The notes under the pieces were generated by a model that was not told the DNA's origin, ran no database searches, and saw only the letters and a program-made list of their open reading frames with translations. From positions 1 through 64,000 of the IMG/VR virus record IMGVR_UViG_3300037743_000223: a DNA stretch of 64,000 nt; one strand, 5' to 3'. Origin of the DNA: a virus. Position 1 is the first letter of the stretch. Each line of letters starts with the position of its first letter. The translations under genes were made by a program, and so were the position numbers. Shown piece by piece: positions 1 through 9,351 of this stretch.

Positions 1-2
1 GC

Positions 3-314
3 CAGCCACAGCACCTGATGCCCGGTGCGGGGGATGCGGAACAGGCTTCTCATGCCCGCACCGTAGCCGCCCGGTGCCACCTGCGCCATGGGGGTGTCCG
101 GTTGCCGACATACCTGCGGCTGCGGTCAACCCGCACCGGCCACCAGTGGGACGCGTCTCTACCGGCCGCCGCCGCCTACCTGGCATCCGGCGGGGTGGAG
201 ATCGTCGGCGGTCATCGGCCGCGTACCGCCGCCCGGCCACGGCCGGCGAAACACCTGACCGACCTGACGGGCCGCCCGGCCAGGCCCCGCCAACCCGCAC
301 GCACCAAGGAGTGA
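3..314 (+). CDS. C-terminal part of a head-tail connector or tail-terminator-like protein (5' end outside window)
   Basis: Frame 3 open from window edge, high GC3, stop TGA 312-314; the AAGGAG RBS of the next gene lies in its last codons; position just upstream of major tail gene. Confidence 0.4.
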   Translation, partial: QPQHLMPGAGDAEQASHARTVAARCHLRHGGVRLPTYLRLRSTRTGHQWDASLPAAAAYLASGGVEIVGGHRPRTAARPRPAKHLTDLTGRPARPRQPARTKE

Positions 315-318
315 CCTC

Positions 319-837
319 ATGACGCAGCCCATCCCAACTTCGATCCCGGCCGATGGCTCCGTCAAGGTGCTGTGGGTGCCCACGATCGCCGACACCTCCG
401 CCCCCACCGTCGACGAGCTGACCGACGCGGCCGTGGTGGACCTGTCGTGCTACCTGACCGACGACGGGTGGCAGCCGAACACCGACGAGCAGGTGTCTAC
501 CGACCCCCGGTTGTGCTCCCGGCAGACGTTCGAGCGGATCGGCCGGTTCACCGACCAACTGAACCTGATCTACGTCTACCAGGCGCAGCTGCCGCTGGCT
601 GCCGACAACAAGGCGCAGGCCACCCTACGCCACCGGGAGTTGGGGCATGTGGTGTCCCGCTGGGGGGCCGACTACGAGGACCCGGTTGAGGCCGGCGACA
701 TCGTGGACGTGCTCCCCGCCGAGTGCGGGGTGCAGAAGAAGGGTGCGCCGGAGGCCAACGGCCGGCTGCGGATGATGCAGAAGATCTTCGTCCGGGACGG
801 GGTGCAGCGTGACGTGGCCGTGGTAGCCGGCTCGTAG
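319..837 (+). CDS. major tail protein (tail tube subunit)
   Basis: 172 aa ORF with RBS AAGGAG 306-311; sits immediately upstream of the chaperone pair and tape measure, the canonical siphovirus order. Confidence 0.7.
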   Translation: MTQPIPTSIPADGSVKVLWVPTIADTSAPTVDELTDAAVVDLSCYLTDDGWQPNTDEQVSTDPRLCSRQTFERIGRFTDQLNLIYVYQAQLPLAADNKAQATLRHRELGHVVSRWGADYEDPVEAGDIVDVLPAECGVQKKGAPEANGRLRMMQKIFVRDGVQRDVAVVAGS

Positions 838-924
838 CGACGGGGCGGGAGCCCGCACGTGACCCTGGCCGGCGCGTGCGGGCTCCTTCAGCATCTATCC
901 GGCCAGAACCGGCCAGGAGGAACC

Positions 925-1644
925 GTGTCGAACACCCGCAAGACCACCGGCGCCCGCGCCGCGAAAGCCCCACCCCCGCCGGACCTGGACACGCTGCTGG
1001 GTGAGGACACCCGCGCCGAGCGGGTGGTGCCGCTGTGCCTGCGCGGCCACCTGCAGGCCGACTGGGACCAGCTGAAGGAGCTGTACGACGCCGGCCCGGG
1101 TGTCGACGAGAAGGCGATGCTGACCGACCGGGCGGCCAAGCGGAAGGTGGCCGAGCAGATGGCAGCCGTGGAGGCGCAGATGCGCGCCGGCACGGTCGCG
1201 TTCCGGCTGCGCGCGCTGCCGCGGCGCCGCACCCCCGCCGTACCCAAAGAGCAGGTGGTGTGGCTGGAGCTGCTGGCCGCGCACCCGCCGCGTAAGGACC
1301 CGGCGGGCAAGCCGGACCGGCGCGACGCGGCCGTCGGCGTGAACGTGGGCACGTTTTTCGAGGCGCTGGTCCGCGCCAGTGTGGTCGAGCCGGAGCTGGA
1401 CGACCAACGCTGGGAGGCGTTGGACGGCAAGCTGACCGACGGCCAGTTCAACCAGCTCGCCAACGCGGCGTGGCAGCTGAACCGGGCCGAGGTGGACGTG
1501 CCTTTCTCACGGGCCGCCTCGATGACGAGGGCACTCGACGCCGGGTCGAGGCGGCCGAACGGCTCGGCATCTCCCTCCGACGCTTCGACGGGTGGGAGCC
1601 GACCACCGTCACCTCCCACGAGCACGACGAGCACGGGCGGCTGA
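925..1644 (+). CDS. tail assembly chaperone, 0-frame product (G-like)
   Basis: GTG 925 preceded by CCAGGAGG (914-920); between major tail and tape measure; GC3 is high only up to about 1500, after which coding signal moves to the -1 frame. Confidence 0.6.
   Translation: MSNTRKTTGARAAKAPPPPDLDTLLGEDTRAERVVPLCLRGHLQADWDQLKELYDAGPGVDEKAMLTDRAAKRKVAEQMAAVEAQMRAGTVAFRLRALPRRRTPAVPKEQVVWLELLAAHPPRKDPAGKPDRRDAAVGVNVGTFFEALVRASVVEPELDDQRWEALDGKLTDGQFNQLANAAWQLNRAEVDVPFSRAASMTRALDAGSRRPNGSASPSDASTGGSRPPSPPTSTTSTGG
1498..1509 (+). promoter_or_regulatory. candidate programmed -1 ribosomal frameshift site (GUG CCU UUC UCA)
   Basis: Point where GC3 periodicity switches from frame 1 to frame 3; UUC to UUU re-pairing is possible; not a canonical XXXYYYZ heptamer. 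Confidence 0.35.
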
Positions 1645-1943
1645 CCCGCTCGGTCACGGCCGCGGAGGCGGAGTGGGACGACCTGCAACGCGGGTGGATG
1701 CTCGCCCTCGGCCTGTGGCGGGACTCCCGCTGCCGCGGCTGCGGCGGTGATCTGGCCGAGACCACCGCGGAGGAGCACTCCGGCGACCCGGGCCGGGCCG
1801 GCTATCGGCCGCTGCTGCCGGTGCGCTGCCACCGGTGCACCGCCCTGTCCGCCTCCGAGCACACCTACCGGGACGAGCGGCATCCGCATGCGCTGATCCA
1901 CCGGGTGGAGCTGCGACCCGACCGGCGTAAACCACCCAGCTGA
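1503..1943 (+). CDS. -1 frame extension of tail assembly chaperone (C-terminal part of a GT-like fusion)
   Basis: ORF 1470-1943 is in the -1 frame relative to 925-1644; high GC3 and protein-like sequence (LTGRLDDEGTRRRVEAAERLGISLRRFDGWEP...) start at about 1503; ends 20 nt before tape measure. Confidence 0.55.
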   Translation, partial: FLTGRLDDEGTRRRVEAAERLGISLRRFDGWEPTTVTSHEHDEHGRLTRSVTAAEAEWDDLQRGWMLALGLWRDSRCRGCGGDLAETTAEEHSGDPGRAGYRPLLPVRCHRCTALSASEHTYRDERHPHALIHRVELRPDRRKPPS

Positions 1944-1964
1944 CCACCGGGGCGGGGGTGTGGG

Positions 1965-4811
1965 GTGGCCAACGGTGCTGTCCGCTCCATCTCGGTCCGT
2001 CTGCTGGCCGAGGTTGGCAACTACGTCCACGGCTTCCAGCGTGCGCGGGCCGCCACCAGCGATCTGATCGGTGAGCTGTCCAAGTCGGAGCAGCAGCGGC
2101 AGAACATGACCCGGCTGGGCGCGTCGCTGGTGGTCGCCGGTGCTGGCATCGCGGCAGGGATCGGCCTGGCCACCAAGGCCGCCATCGACTGGGAGTCGGC
2201 GTGGGCCGGTGTGGTCAAGACGGTCGACGGGTCTGAGGCGCAGCTCGGTTTGCTGGAGGAGGAGCTGCGGGAGATGGCCCGCAGCCTGCCGGCCACGCAT
2301 GGGGAGATCGCGGCGGTGGCGGAGGCCGCCGGGCAGCTGGGTGTGGCGACCGAGGACGTGTCCGAGTTCACCCGGGTGATGATCGACCTGGGTGAGTCGA
2401 CGAACCTGACCGCGGATGAGGCCGCGACCGCGATCGCCCAGCTGATGAACGTCATGGGCACCGCACCGGAGAATGTGGACCGGCTCGGTGCGGCCCTGGT
2501 GGAACTCGGCAACAACGGCGCCTCCACCGAGGCTGAGATCATCCAGATGGCGCAGCGGATCTCCGGCGCCGGGGCGATCGTCGGCGCCTCCGAGGCGGAC
2601 GTGCTCTCCCTGGCCAACGCCCTAGCCAGTGCGGGTATCAACGCGGAGGCCGGCGGGTCCGCGATCTCCCGGGTGCTGGTGTCGATCGCCTCGGCCGCGG
2701 CCGAGGGTGGCGAGGAGCTGGCCGGGTTCGCCCGGGTCGCGGGTGTGTCGGCCGACGAGTTCGCCGCCCACTTCGCCACCGACCCGGTAGCCGCCCTGAA
2801 CACGTTCGTGCTCGGCCTGGGCCGGATGAACGCGGCCGGTGAGGACGTGTTCGGCACCCTCGACGAGCTGGGCTTGGCGGAGGTCCGCACCCGCGATGCG
2901 CTGCTGCGGCTGTCATCCTCCGGTGACCTGCTCACCCAGTCGCTGGAAGACGGGGCCCGGGCGTGGGGTGAGAACACGGCGCTGACCGACGAGGCCAGCC
3001 GGCGCTACGAAACCGCCGCCTCCCGCATCCAGGTGGCCCAGAACCAGCTCACCGACTTCGCCATCACCATGGGCGCGGTGTTCCTGCCAGTGGTGGCCGA
3101 CACGGCGGACAAGCTGGGCTCGTTCGTCGAGTTCCTGGGTGGGATGCCGGAGCCGCTGCGGCAGGTTGCCGGTGTCACCGCGGCGGTGGCCGCCGGGCTG
3201 GCGCTGCTCGGCGGGGCGTCACTGCTCGCCGTGCCGAGGATTGCGGCGACGAAGGCCGCGTTGGACCAGCTCGCCGCCTCCGGTGGCCGGGCCGCCGCCG
3301 CGGTGGGGCTGCTACGCGGCTCGCTACGCGCCGCGGCCTTCGCCCTGGGGCCGGTCGCCGCGGCCATCGCCGTGGTCGAGCTGGCCTCCGCCGGGCTGGA
3401 GAACGTGCTGTTCGATGACCTGAACCCGCAGATCGACGCGATGACCGCCGGCCTGCAAAGGTTCAACGAGACCGGTCGGGCCACAGGGGAGCTGGCGCGG
3501 GTGCTCGGCGGGGACCTGCGTGGCACCGGTGACGAGCTGGAGCGGATCCTGGACGACCGGGTGTGGGATCAGGCGTCCCGCGGCATCCAGGATGCGCTGG
3601 GCAGGCTGCCGGTCACCTTCGGCGACACGATGGGCCGGGTGGCCCGTGACCTGGACGCGCCGCGGGAGAAGGTGGAGGCGCTCGACCAGGCGCTGTCGGC
3701 GATGGCCCGCGGCGGCAACATCCAGGAGGCGGAGGAGGCGTTCGCCGCGCTCACCGCCGAGATGGGCCTGAGCGAGCATCAGACGCGGTTGCTGCGGGAC
3801 ATGCTGGACGGGTGGGCCGCCGCCGCCGAGGTGGGTGCCGCGCAGGCTGATGAGACCGCCGACGGGATGGCCGAGATCGGCGGGGCGGCGCAGGATGCCG
3901 CCACGGACGTGGAGGCGCTGAATGAGGCGTTCGAGGATCTGCTGGACATCCAGCTGTCGTTTGACCGGTCGATCATCGGCTGGCAGCAGGCGTTTGCCGA
4001 CCTGACCGAGCAGCTTGACGAGGGCTCCGACGCCATGGGCACCAACACGCAGGCCGGCCGGGACAACCGGTCCGCGGTGCTGGACACCATCGAGGCGATC
4101 GGCGAGATGCGGCAGGCGATGATCGACGAGGGGGCCGCGATCGAGGACGCGAACCGGGTCTACCTGGAGCAGCTTGACCGGCTAGAGGAGGTGCTGATCG
4201 CGAACGGGCTGAACGAGGACGCGGTCCGGACCTTGATCGACGCCTACCGGGACATCCCGGCCAACACCGCCGCCGCGGTGGAGACTCCGGGCCTGGACGC
4301 GGCGTTGGTGAAGCTGGACCGGCTGCGCCGGGGCATCGACACCATGCCCCGGGACCTCGATATCAACGTGTCCCTGTCCCAGTCGGGTTCGGCGCCGGTG
4401 CTGGGCGGCCGGGTCGCCTTCGCGCACGGCGGTGTGGTTGCCGCCCGGTCGGGCCGGCTGGTCCCGGCGCATGTCGCCACTTCGCCGACGGTGCTGTTCG
4501 GGGAGCGGGCCACCGGGGTGGAGGCGTTCATCCCCCGGGATGGGATCTCCGCCGAGCGGGGTTTGGCGATCGCGGATGTGGCGGCGGGTTGGCACGGCGG
4601 GCGGGTGGTCGCCCCGTGGCAGTGGCACGGGCAGCGGCCGGCCGGCGGCGACGGCGGCACGGGCATGGGCGGCGGCCAGTTCACCGGCGCCCTGTACCTC
4701 GACTCCGGGGAGTTTCTGGGGATGGTGCGGGGTGAGGTGCGGCAGGGTCAGGCCGCGCATGACCGGGAGCTGCTGCGCGGGATCGGGCAGGGGGTGGGCG
4801 CCGCGCCATGA
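1965..4811 (+). CDS. tail tape measure protein
   Basis: 948 aa, Ala/Gly-rich with TM-like segments; N-terminal region resembles the TP901-type tape measure core (AWAGVVKTVDG...EIAAVAEAAGQLGV); follows the chaperone pair. Confidence 0.9.
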   Translation: MANGAVRSISVRLLAEVGNYVHGFQRARAATSDLIGELSKSEQQRQNMTRLGASLVVAGAGIAAGIGLATKAAIDWESAWAGVVKTVDGSEAQLGLLEEELREMARSLPATHGEIAAVAEAAGQLGVATEDVSEFTRVMIDLGESTNLTADEAATAIAQLMNVMGTAPENVDRLGAALVELGNNGASTEAEIIQMAQRISGAGAIVGASEADVLSLANALASAGINAEAGGSAISRVLVSIASAAAEGGEELAGFARVAGVSADEFAAHFATDPVAALNTFVLGLGRMNAAGEDVFGTLDELGLAEVRTRDALLRLSSSGDLLTQSLEDGARAWGENTALTDEASRRYETAASRIQVAQNQLTDFAITMGAVFLPVVADTADKLGSFVEFLGGMPEPLRQVAGVTAAVAAGLALLGGASLLAVPRIAATKAALDQLAASGGRAAAAVGLLRGSLRAAAFALGPVAAAIAVVELASAGLENVLFDDLNPQIDAMTAGLQRFNETGRATGELARVLGGDLRGTGDELERILDDRVWDQASRGIQDALGRLPVTFGDTMGRVARDLDAPREKVEALDQALSAMARGGNIQEAEEAFAALTAEMGLSEHQTRLLRDMLDGWAAAAEVGAAQADETADGMAEIGGAAQDAATDVEALNEAFEDLLDIQLSFDRSIIGWQQAFADLTEQLDEGSDAMGTNTQAGRDNRSAVLDTIEAIGEMRQAMIDEGAAIEDANRVYLEQLDRLEEVLIANGLNEDAVRTLIDAYRDIPANTAAAVETPGLDAALVKLDRLRRGIDTMPRDLDINVSLSQSGSAPVLGGRVAFAHGGVVAARSGRLVPAHVATSPTVLFGERATGVEAFIPRDGISAERGLAIADVAAGWHGGRVVAPWQWHGQRPAGGDGGTGMGGGQFTGALYLDSGEFLGMVRGEVRQGQAAHDRELLRGIGQGVGAAP

Positions 4812-5683
4812 CCGTCGATCTTTCTTACGATCCGGTCCTGAGCCGGGTTTTGATCGCCATCTCAGGCTTACCCAACGGGGCTGTTCGGGTTGAGCGGTCG
4901 GCCACGGCCGGGTTTCAGCTCAACTCGATCGTTCGCGGCGGGGTTGCCCTGCCGATCTCCGGCGGCGTCGGGCAGCTGGCCGACGCCGAGTTCTACGCCG
5001 ACGCCGAGAACCACTACCGGGTGACTCAGGCCAGCTTGGAGGATCTTGTGGACGTTTTCACCGCATCCGGCACGTGGACCAAGCCGACGGGGCTGGTCGC
5101 CGCGAAGGTGACTGTGGTCGGCGGCGGCGGCGCCGGGGGTGGGTCCACCGCGACGGCTGCGGGTGAGGGTAGCGGCGGCGCGGGCGGTGGTGCGGGCGCG
5201 ACCGCCGTCGCGTGGATTCCGGCTGCCGACCTGGGCGCCACCGAGACTGTGACCGTTGGCCCCGGCGGCACCGGTGTAGCGGGAGCCGCCGGGAACCTGG
5301 GCAGCACATCCACGTTCACCCGCACCACCGGCACGAATGTGACCGCAGGCGGCGGCTCCGCCGGCGGCACGGTGGCCGCCACATCAGGGTCGGGCTCCGC
5401 ATTCGGCGGCACCGGTTCTGGTTCGACCACCGGCGCGGACCTGAGCCTGCCCGGGGAGTACGGCGACGCGGGCAGTGTGTTCGCCGGTGTGGCGAACCTG
5501 CCCAACGGTGGCAGCTCTGCGGTGGGCCGTGGCGGACGGTCCGGTTCGAGCAGTACCGGCGTCGCCGGCACTCACGGCGGCGGTGGTGGCGGAACCCGCA
5601 GCACGGGCTCGGGGGGGATCGACCGGGCCGGCGGCGACGGTGGTGACGGCCTGGTCATCGTCGAACACATCTTCGCGGACTGA
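4808..5683 (+). CDS. minor tail protein with C-terminal glycine-rich domain
   Basis: ATGA overlap with tape measure stop; motif SGTWTKPTG...VTVVGGGGAGGG typical of glycine-rich actinophage minor tail proteins. Confidence 0.6.
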   Translation: MTVDLSYDPVLSRVLIAISGLPNGAVRVERSATAGFQLNSIVRGGVALPISGGVGQLADAEFYADAENHYRVTQASLEDLVDVFTASGTWTKPTGLVAAKVTVVGGGGAGGGSTATAAGEGSGGAGGGAGATAVAWIPAADLGATETVTVGPGGTGVAGAAGNLGSTSTFTRTTGTNVTAGGGSAGGTVAATSGSGSAFGGTGSGSTTGADLSLPGEYGDAGSVFAGVANLPNGGSSAVGRGGRSGSSSTGVAGTHGGGGGGTRSTGSGGIDRAGGDGGDGLVIVEHIFAD

Positions 5684-5685
5684 CG

Positions 5686-6261
5686 ATGGCCGAGACCGCC
5701 AGCATCACCCCCAGCCTGGCGGGCCGGGTGTGGCTGAAGTCGATCCGCCACCCGGACCGCAACCGGGTCGTGACGGTGGCCGACTACGGCGACATCGAGC
5801 ACGCGATGCGCTCCGGCATCTTCCCGGTGGAGGGCCGGGCGCTGCCCACCGGGGTGGAGGAGCTGGCCGGTGGCCGGGACCACGTGCTCGTGCTGGCCAC
5901 CGACAACAAGCAGGATGAGGACCACCTGGCGGTGACGATCCGCCTCGGTGGGGTGTTCTTCATCCACGTGCCGACCGTGCCGGGCCCGGGCATCGAGGGC
6001 AACACGCTGCTACCGGGGTCGATGTATGTCATGTTCGGGCGGCCGGTGAAACGCCGCCTCGGCGGGGTGAGCCGGGTGCACCACCACATCCTCCCGCTGG
6101 TCGAGGTCGCCGCACCCGGGCCGGACGTGGTCGGAACCACCATCACCGTCGCCGGGCTGCTGGAGCTGCACGGGTCCATCGAAGCGCTGTGGGCCGCCTA
6201 CCCGACGATTCGCGACCTGTGGGCTGAGATCGGCTCCGGCGAATCGCTGCTACCGATCTGA
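5686..6261 (+). CDS. minor tail protein (unassigned)
   Basis: 191 aa ORF 2 nt after previous stop, within the tail block; no recognisable motif. Confidence 0.45.
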   Translation: MAETASITPSLAGRVWLKSIRHPDRNRVVTVADYGDIEHAMRSGIFPVEGRALPTGVEELAGGRDHVLVLATDNKQDEDHLAVTIRLGGVFFIHVPTVPGPGIEGNTLLPGSMYVMFGRPVKRRLGGVSRVHHHILPLVEVAAPGPDVVGTTITVAGLLELHGSIEALWAAYPTIRDLWAEIGSGESLLPI

Positions 6262-6283
6262 GCCCGGAGGAGGTGTCGAGCCC

Positions 6284-6964
6284 GTGCCGCTGTCAGTCCC
6301 CGACCAGTTCCCCTTCGAAGCACCGGGCGACCAGCCGCTGCACTCGCTCACCGGTGGGTCGTCCGGCACCGAGCCGATCCTGGCCGAGGTGCTGCAAACC
6401 AAGTGGTCGGCGCTGCAAACCACCATCGGTGACCTGGCCGACCGGCTGACCGTGGTGGAGGCGGCGGTTGCCGCGTCCCGGTGGCGGCACATCACCACCG
6501 GCAGCCAGTCAGGCGGCGCGGCCACCCCCGCGCTGGCGGTCCCGTCCGGGTTCCTGATGCTGCGGCTGGCGGTGTGGGGTGACATGGACGCCGCCGAGGA
6601 TCTGATGCTGCGGGTCAACGGCGACAGCGGAAGTAACCACATCTGGGGGTTGAACATCCGCGCCGCCGACGGGACCACCACCAGCTTCTCCCACAGCGGC
6701 GCGGGCACTGGTGCGTGGCGGATCGGCCGGTGGGCCACCACCGAGTCGAACAACAGCCTGGTCAACATCTTCCCGGGCGACGGCGGACAGAACCCGTCCT
6801 ACCTGGCGACCGCGCACCGGGTAAGCACTGGCGTGACGGGCCACCAGATCCAGCACGGCTACGGCAAGTACTTGGGGGATGTGGTGGTGAGTTCCCTGAC
6901 GATCCTGGCCAACTCGACCACCTTCCAGGATGTCCGCTGGGTGCTTGAGGGGTATCTGGCCTAG
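6284..6964 (+). CDS. minor tail protein (unassigned)
   Basis: GTG 6284 with GGAGGAGG 6264-6271; within the tail block. Confidence 0.45.
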   Translation: MPLSVPDQFPFEAPGDQPLHSLTGGSSGTEPILAEVLQTKWSALQTTIGDLADRLTVVEAAVAASRWRHITTGSQSGGAATPALAVPSGFLMLRLAVWGDMDAAEDLMLRVNGDSGSNHIWGLNIRAADGTTTSFSHSGAGTGAWRIGRWATTESNNSLVNIFPGDGGQNPSYLATAHRVSTGVTGHQIQHGYGKYLGDVVVSSLTILANSTTFQDVRWVLEGYLA

Positions 6965-9351
6965 TGGCCGTCGTGTGGATGACAGTCGGGAACACCGGCC
7001 CGGCCGGCGCCACGTTCGCGTGCAAGGTGGACGGCGGCGGCCCGGTGCGGGTGGCGGTGGCCGACAACCCGGGCATGACCAGCCCGGTGTTCACCGCCTC
7101 GCAGGCGGTGGACGCTCAGGGCGTGGCCAAGGTCAGCATCACAGGCCTCGACCCGTCCGCCCGGTACTGGTGGCAGGTCGAGGACAACGGCACGGTGGAC
7201 ACCGCCGTCACCGGCCAGTTCTTGACCCACCCGCCGCTCGGGCTCGCTGGCACGTTCACCCTCGGCATTGTGGCCGACGCCGGGCTCAGCCCGGTCACCC
7301 CCGGCGTCGGGGCGGTGCTCGCGGCCGACCGGCTCAGCAACGCTCCGGTGCTGGACCTGATCCGCGGGCGGGCGCTGGCCGAGGACTGGCTGATGGGCTG
7401 CTGGCTCGGCGATGACGTCTACTACGACTTGGGCTCCGGCGACTGGGGCATCGTCGGCGGGGCGAGCCTGGCGAACTACCGCCGGGCCAGGGACGACCGG
7501 CTGCTGCAGCCGCGGCACCACCAGCTCGACCGGCAGCTGCCCAACCTACGGCTCAAGGACGACCACGACGGAGCCCAGAACAACCACGACTCGACCGACG
7601 CGGGCACGCACGTCTACAACCAGGTGTACCGGGAGGTGGAGCCCCACCCGCCGCTGCCGGACACCGACACCGACGGCGGCATCTACTGGTCGTTGCCGAT
7701 CTGCCGAACCCTGCTCATCGGCGCGGACGTGCGCACCTTCAAAGAGGAGACCGCCGGGGCGATGCTCGGCGCCGCCCAACTGGCGTGGATGGACGAGCTG
7801 CTCGCAGGCAGTGGCGCCGAGTTCGTGCTGTGGCTGATGCCCGGGCAGTGGATGGGCTCCGACGCGGACACGTGGGCGTCCCACCCGGCCGAGCAGGCCG
7901 ATGTGATCGCCATGTTCGGCGACCACGGGTACGCCGGCCGGGTGGCGATCATCGGCGCCGACGCGCACATTGTCGCGCTGGACACCGGCGCCAACTCCCC
8001 CGGTGGTATCCCGGTGCTGCAGGCCGCGGCGATCGACGCAACCCCCGGCTTCGGCAACCCGGCCGCCTACGACCTGGGCGGCCAGGCCGGCCGGAACCAG
8101 TACGGCACCGTGCGAGTGGACGACCTCGGCTCCTCGATCGCGGTGCGGCTGTCCGGCTGGCACAACACCACCCTGCTGGTCTCCCACCAGATCGGCATCA
8201 CCGTCGCCACCGCGCCGGTCATCGCCTCCGGTGCGCTGCTGCGCACCCTGACCGGCTCCCACACCCCGCTGCTGGAGGCCCGGGTGGTCACCGGCCATCC
8301 CACCGGCGACGACCCGGACGGGGAGGAGATTCCCATCCTGGGTGGGGATGTGGTCTACGACGGCACCGCCGAGGTCCGCGCCACCCTCAGCCTGGGCACG
8401 CTGGGGATCTCGGATGCCACCGGGCGGAGCACGTACCCCCGGTTCGCTACCGACCTGCTGTCGCCGGTCCGGGGTGCCGAGATCTTCGTCCGCTACGGGC
8501 TGGACCTGGGCGGCTCGATCCTGTGGACCCCGCTGGGCTACTACCGGATCGAGGACGACGACCAGGGCGAGGCCCCGTACGGCGGCATCACCCTGGCCGG
8601 CAAGGACCGGATGGCCGCCATCATCGAGGGCAACCTGCTGTCCCCGCGGCTGTACCCGGCCACACGCGCGGTCGGCACCATCGTTGAGGACCTGGTCACC
8701 GACATCTACCCCGGCGCGCAGATCGCGTGGGACGACAACTCGGACCTGACCGCGCTGGGCCGGGTGCTGGTGGTGGAGGAATCCCGGTACGAGGCGCTGC
8801 GGGAAATCGCGGTCAGCACCGGGAAGCTGATGTACTGGGACGACACGGGGGTGCTCAGGTTTGAGGCGGCGCCGGATGAGGACAACCCGGTGTGGGAGGT
8901 CCGCTCCGGCCGCGGCGGGGTGCTGGTCTCGGCCTCGCGGAGGGTCAGCCGGCAGGATGTGGTCAACGGGTGGGTTGTGGTCGGGCAGGGCGCCGACGAC
9001 CTGTCCCGGGTCCGCTCGGTCGCGGTCGACAACAACCCACAGAGCCCCACCTACTTCTTCGGCAACTTCGGGCAGGTGGTGCGCCGGTTCGAGTCGCCGC
9101 TGATCTCCAACCAGCCTCAGGCCGACACCGCCTCGGTGGCGCTGCTCCGCCGCAGCCTCGGCGCCCCCCACGAGGTGGAGTTGGTCGCGGTCACCAACCC
9201 CACATTGCGGCCGTGGCAGCCGGCCCGCGCCACCTACCGCGACGGCAACCGCGACGTGGTCATCATGCAGCGGGTCCGTGTCCCGCTGGCCCGGGTGCCG
9301 ATGACCGGCGCCGGGCGCACCCGCATCCTGGCCGCGATAGGGAGCGTGTGA
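6964..9351 (+). CDS. tail protein with N-terminal PhoD-like metallophosphoesterase domain and C-terminal phage tail domain
   Basis: N-terminal half carries PhoD-like motif series in order: LGDDVYYD, LKDDHDGAQNN, IYWSLP..LIGADVRTF, MLGAAQLAWMDELLAGSGAEF, IIGADAHIVALD; C-terminal half resembles actinophage minor tail proteins. Confidence 0.6.
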   Translation: MAVVWMTVGNTGPAGATFACKVDGGGPVRVAVADNPGMTSPVFTASQAVDAQGVAKVSITGLDPSARYWWQVEDNGTVDTAVTGQFLTHPPLGLAGTFTLGIVADAGLSPVTPGVGAVLAADRLSNAPVLDLIRGRALAEDWLMGCWLGDDVYYDLGSGDWGIVGGASLANYRRARDDRLLQPRHHQLDRQLPNLRLKDDHDGAQNNHDSTDAGTHVYNQVYREVEPHPPLPDTDTDGGIYWSLPICRTLLIGADVRTFKEETAGAMLGAAQLAWMDELLAGSGAEFVLWLMPGQWMGSDADTWASHPAEQADVIAMFGDHGYAGRVAIIGADAHIVALDTGANSPGGIPVLQAAAIDATPGFGNPAAYDLGGQAGRNQYGTVRVDDLGSSIAVRLSGWHNTTLLVSHQIGITVATAPVIASGALLRTLTGSHTPLLEARVVTGHPTGDDPDGEEIPILGGDVVYDGTAEVRATLSLGTLGISDATGRSTYPRFATDLLSPVRGAEIFVRYGLDLGGSILWTPLGYYRIEDDDQGEAPYGGITLAGKDRMAAIIEGNLLSPRLYPATRAVGTIVEDLVTDIYPGAQIAWDDNSDLTALGRVLVVEESRYEALREIAVSTGKLMYWDDTGVLRFEAAPDEDNPVWEVRSGRGGVLVSASRRVSRQDVVNGWVVVGQGADDLSRVRSVAVDNNPQSPTYFFGNFGQVVRRFESPLISNQPQADTASVALLRRSLGAPHEVELVAVTNPTLRPWQPARATYRDGNRDVVIMQRVRVPLARVPMTGAGRTRILAAIGSV

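Noticed and set aside
888-2300. 470-aa minus-strand ORF across the chaperone and tape measure genes. Similar giant ORFs: 7546-9405(-), 10529-11488(-), 17388-19268(+), 39667-41304(-), 51061-52416(-).
   Set aside because: They are antisense or off-frame to genes with clear function. Their translations are low-complexity Arg/Pro/Gly-rich, which is typical of stop-codon-poor high-GC DNA.
5100-5650. Gly-rich repetitive DNA (also the Pro-rich stretch at 18480-18760 and the collagen-like run at 39310-39380), considered as tandem-repeat or VNTR elements
   Set aside because: These are irregular low-complexity coding sequence within intact ORFs, with no defined repeat unit.
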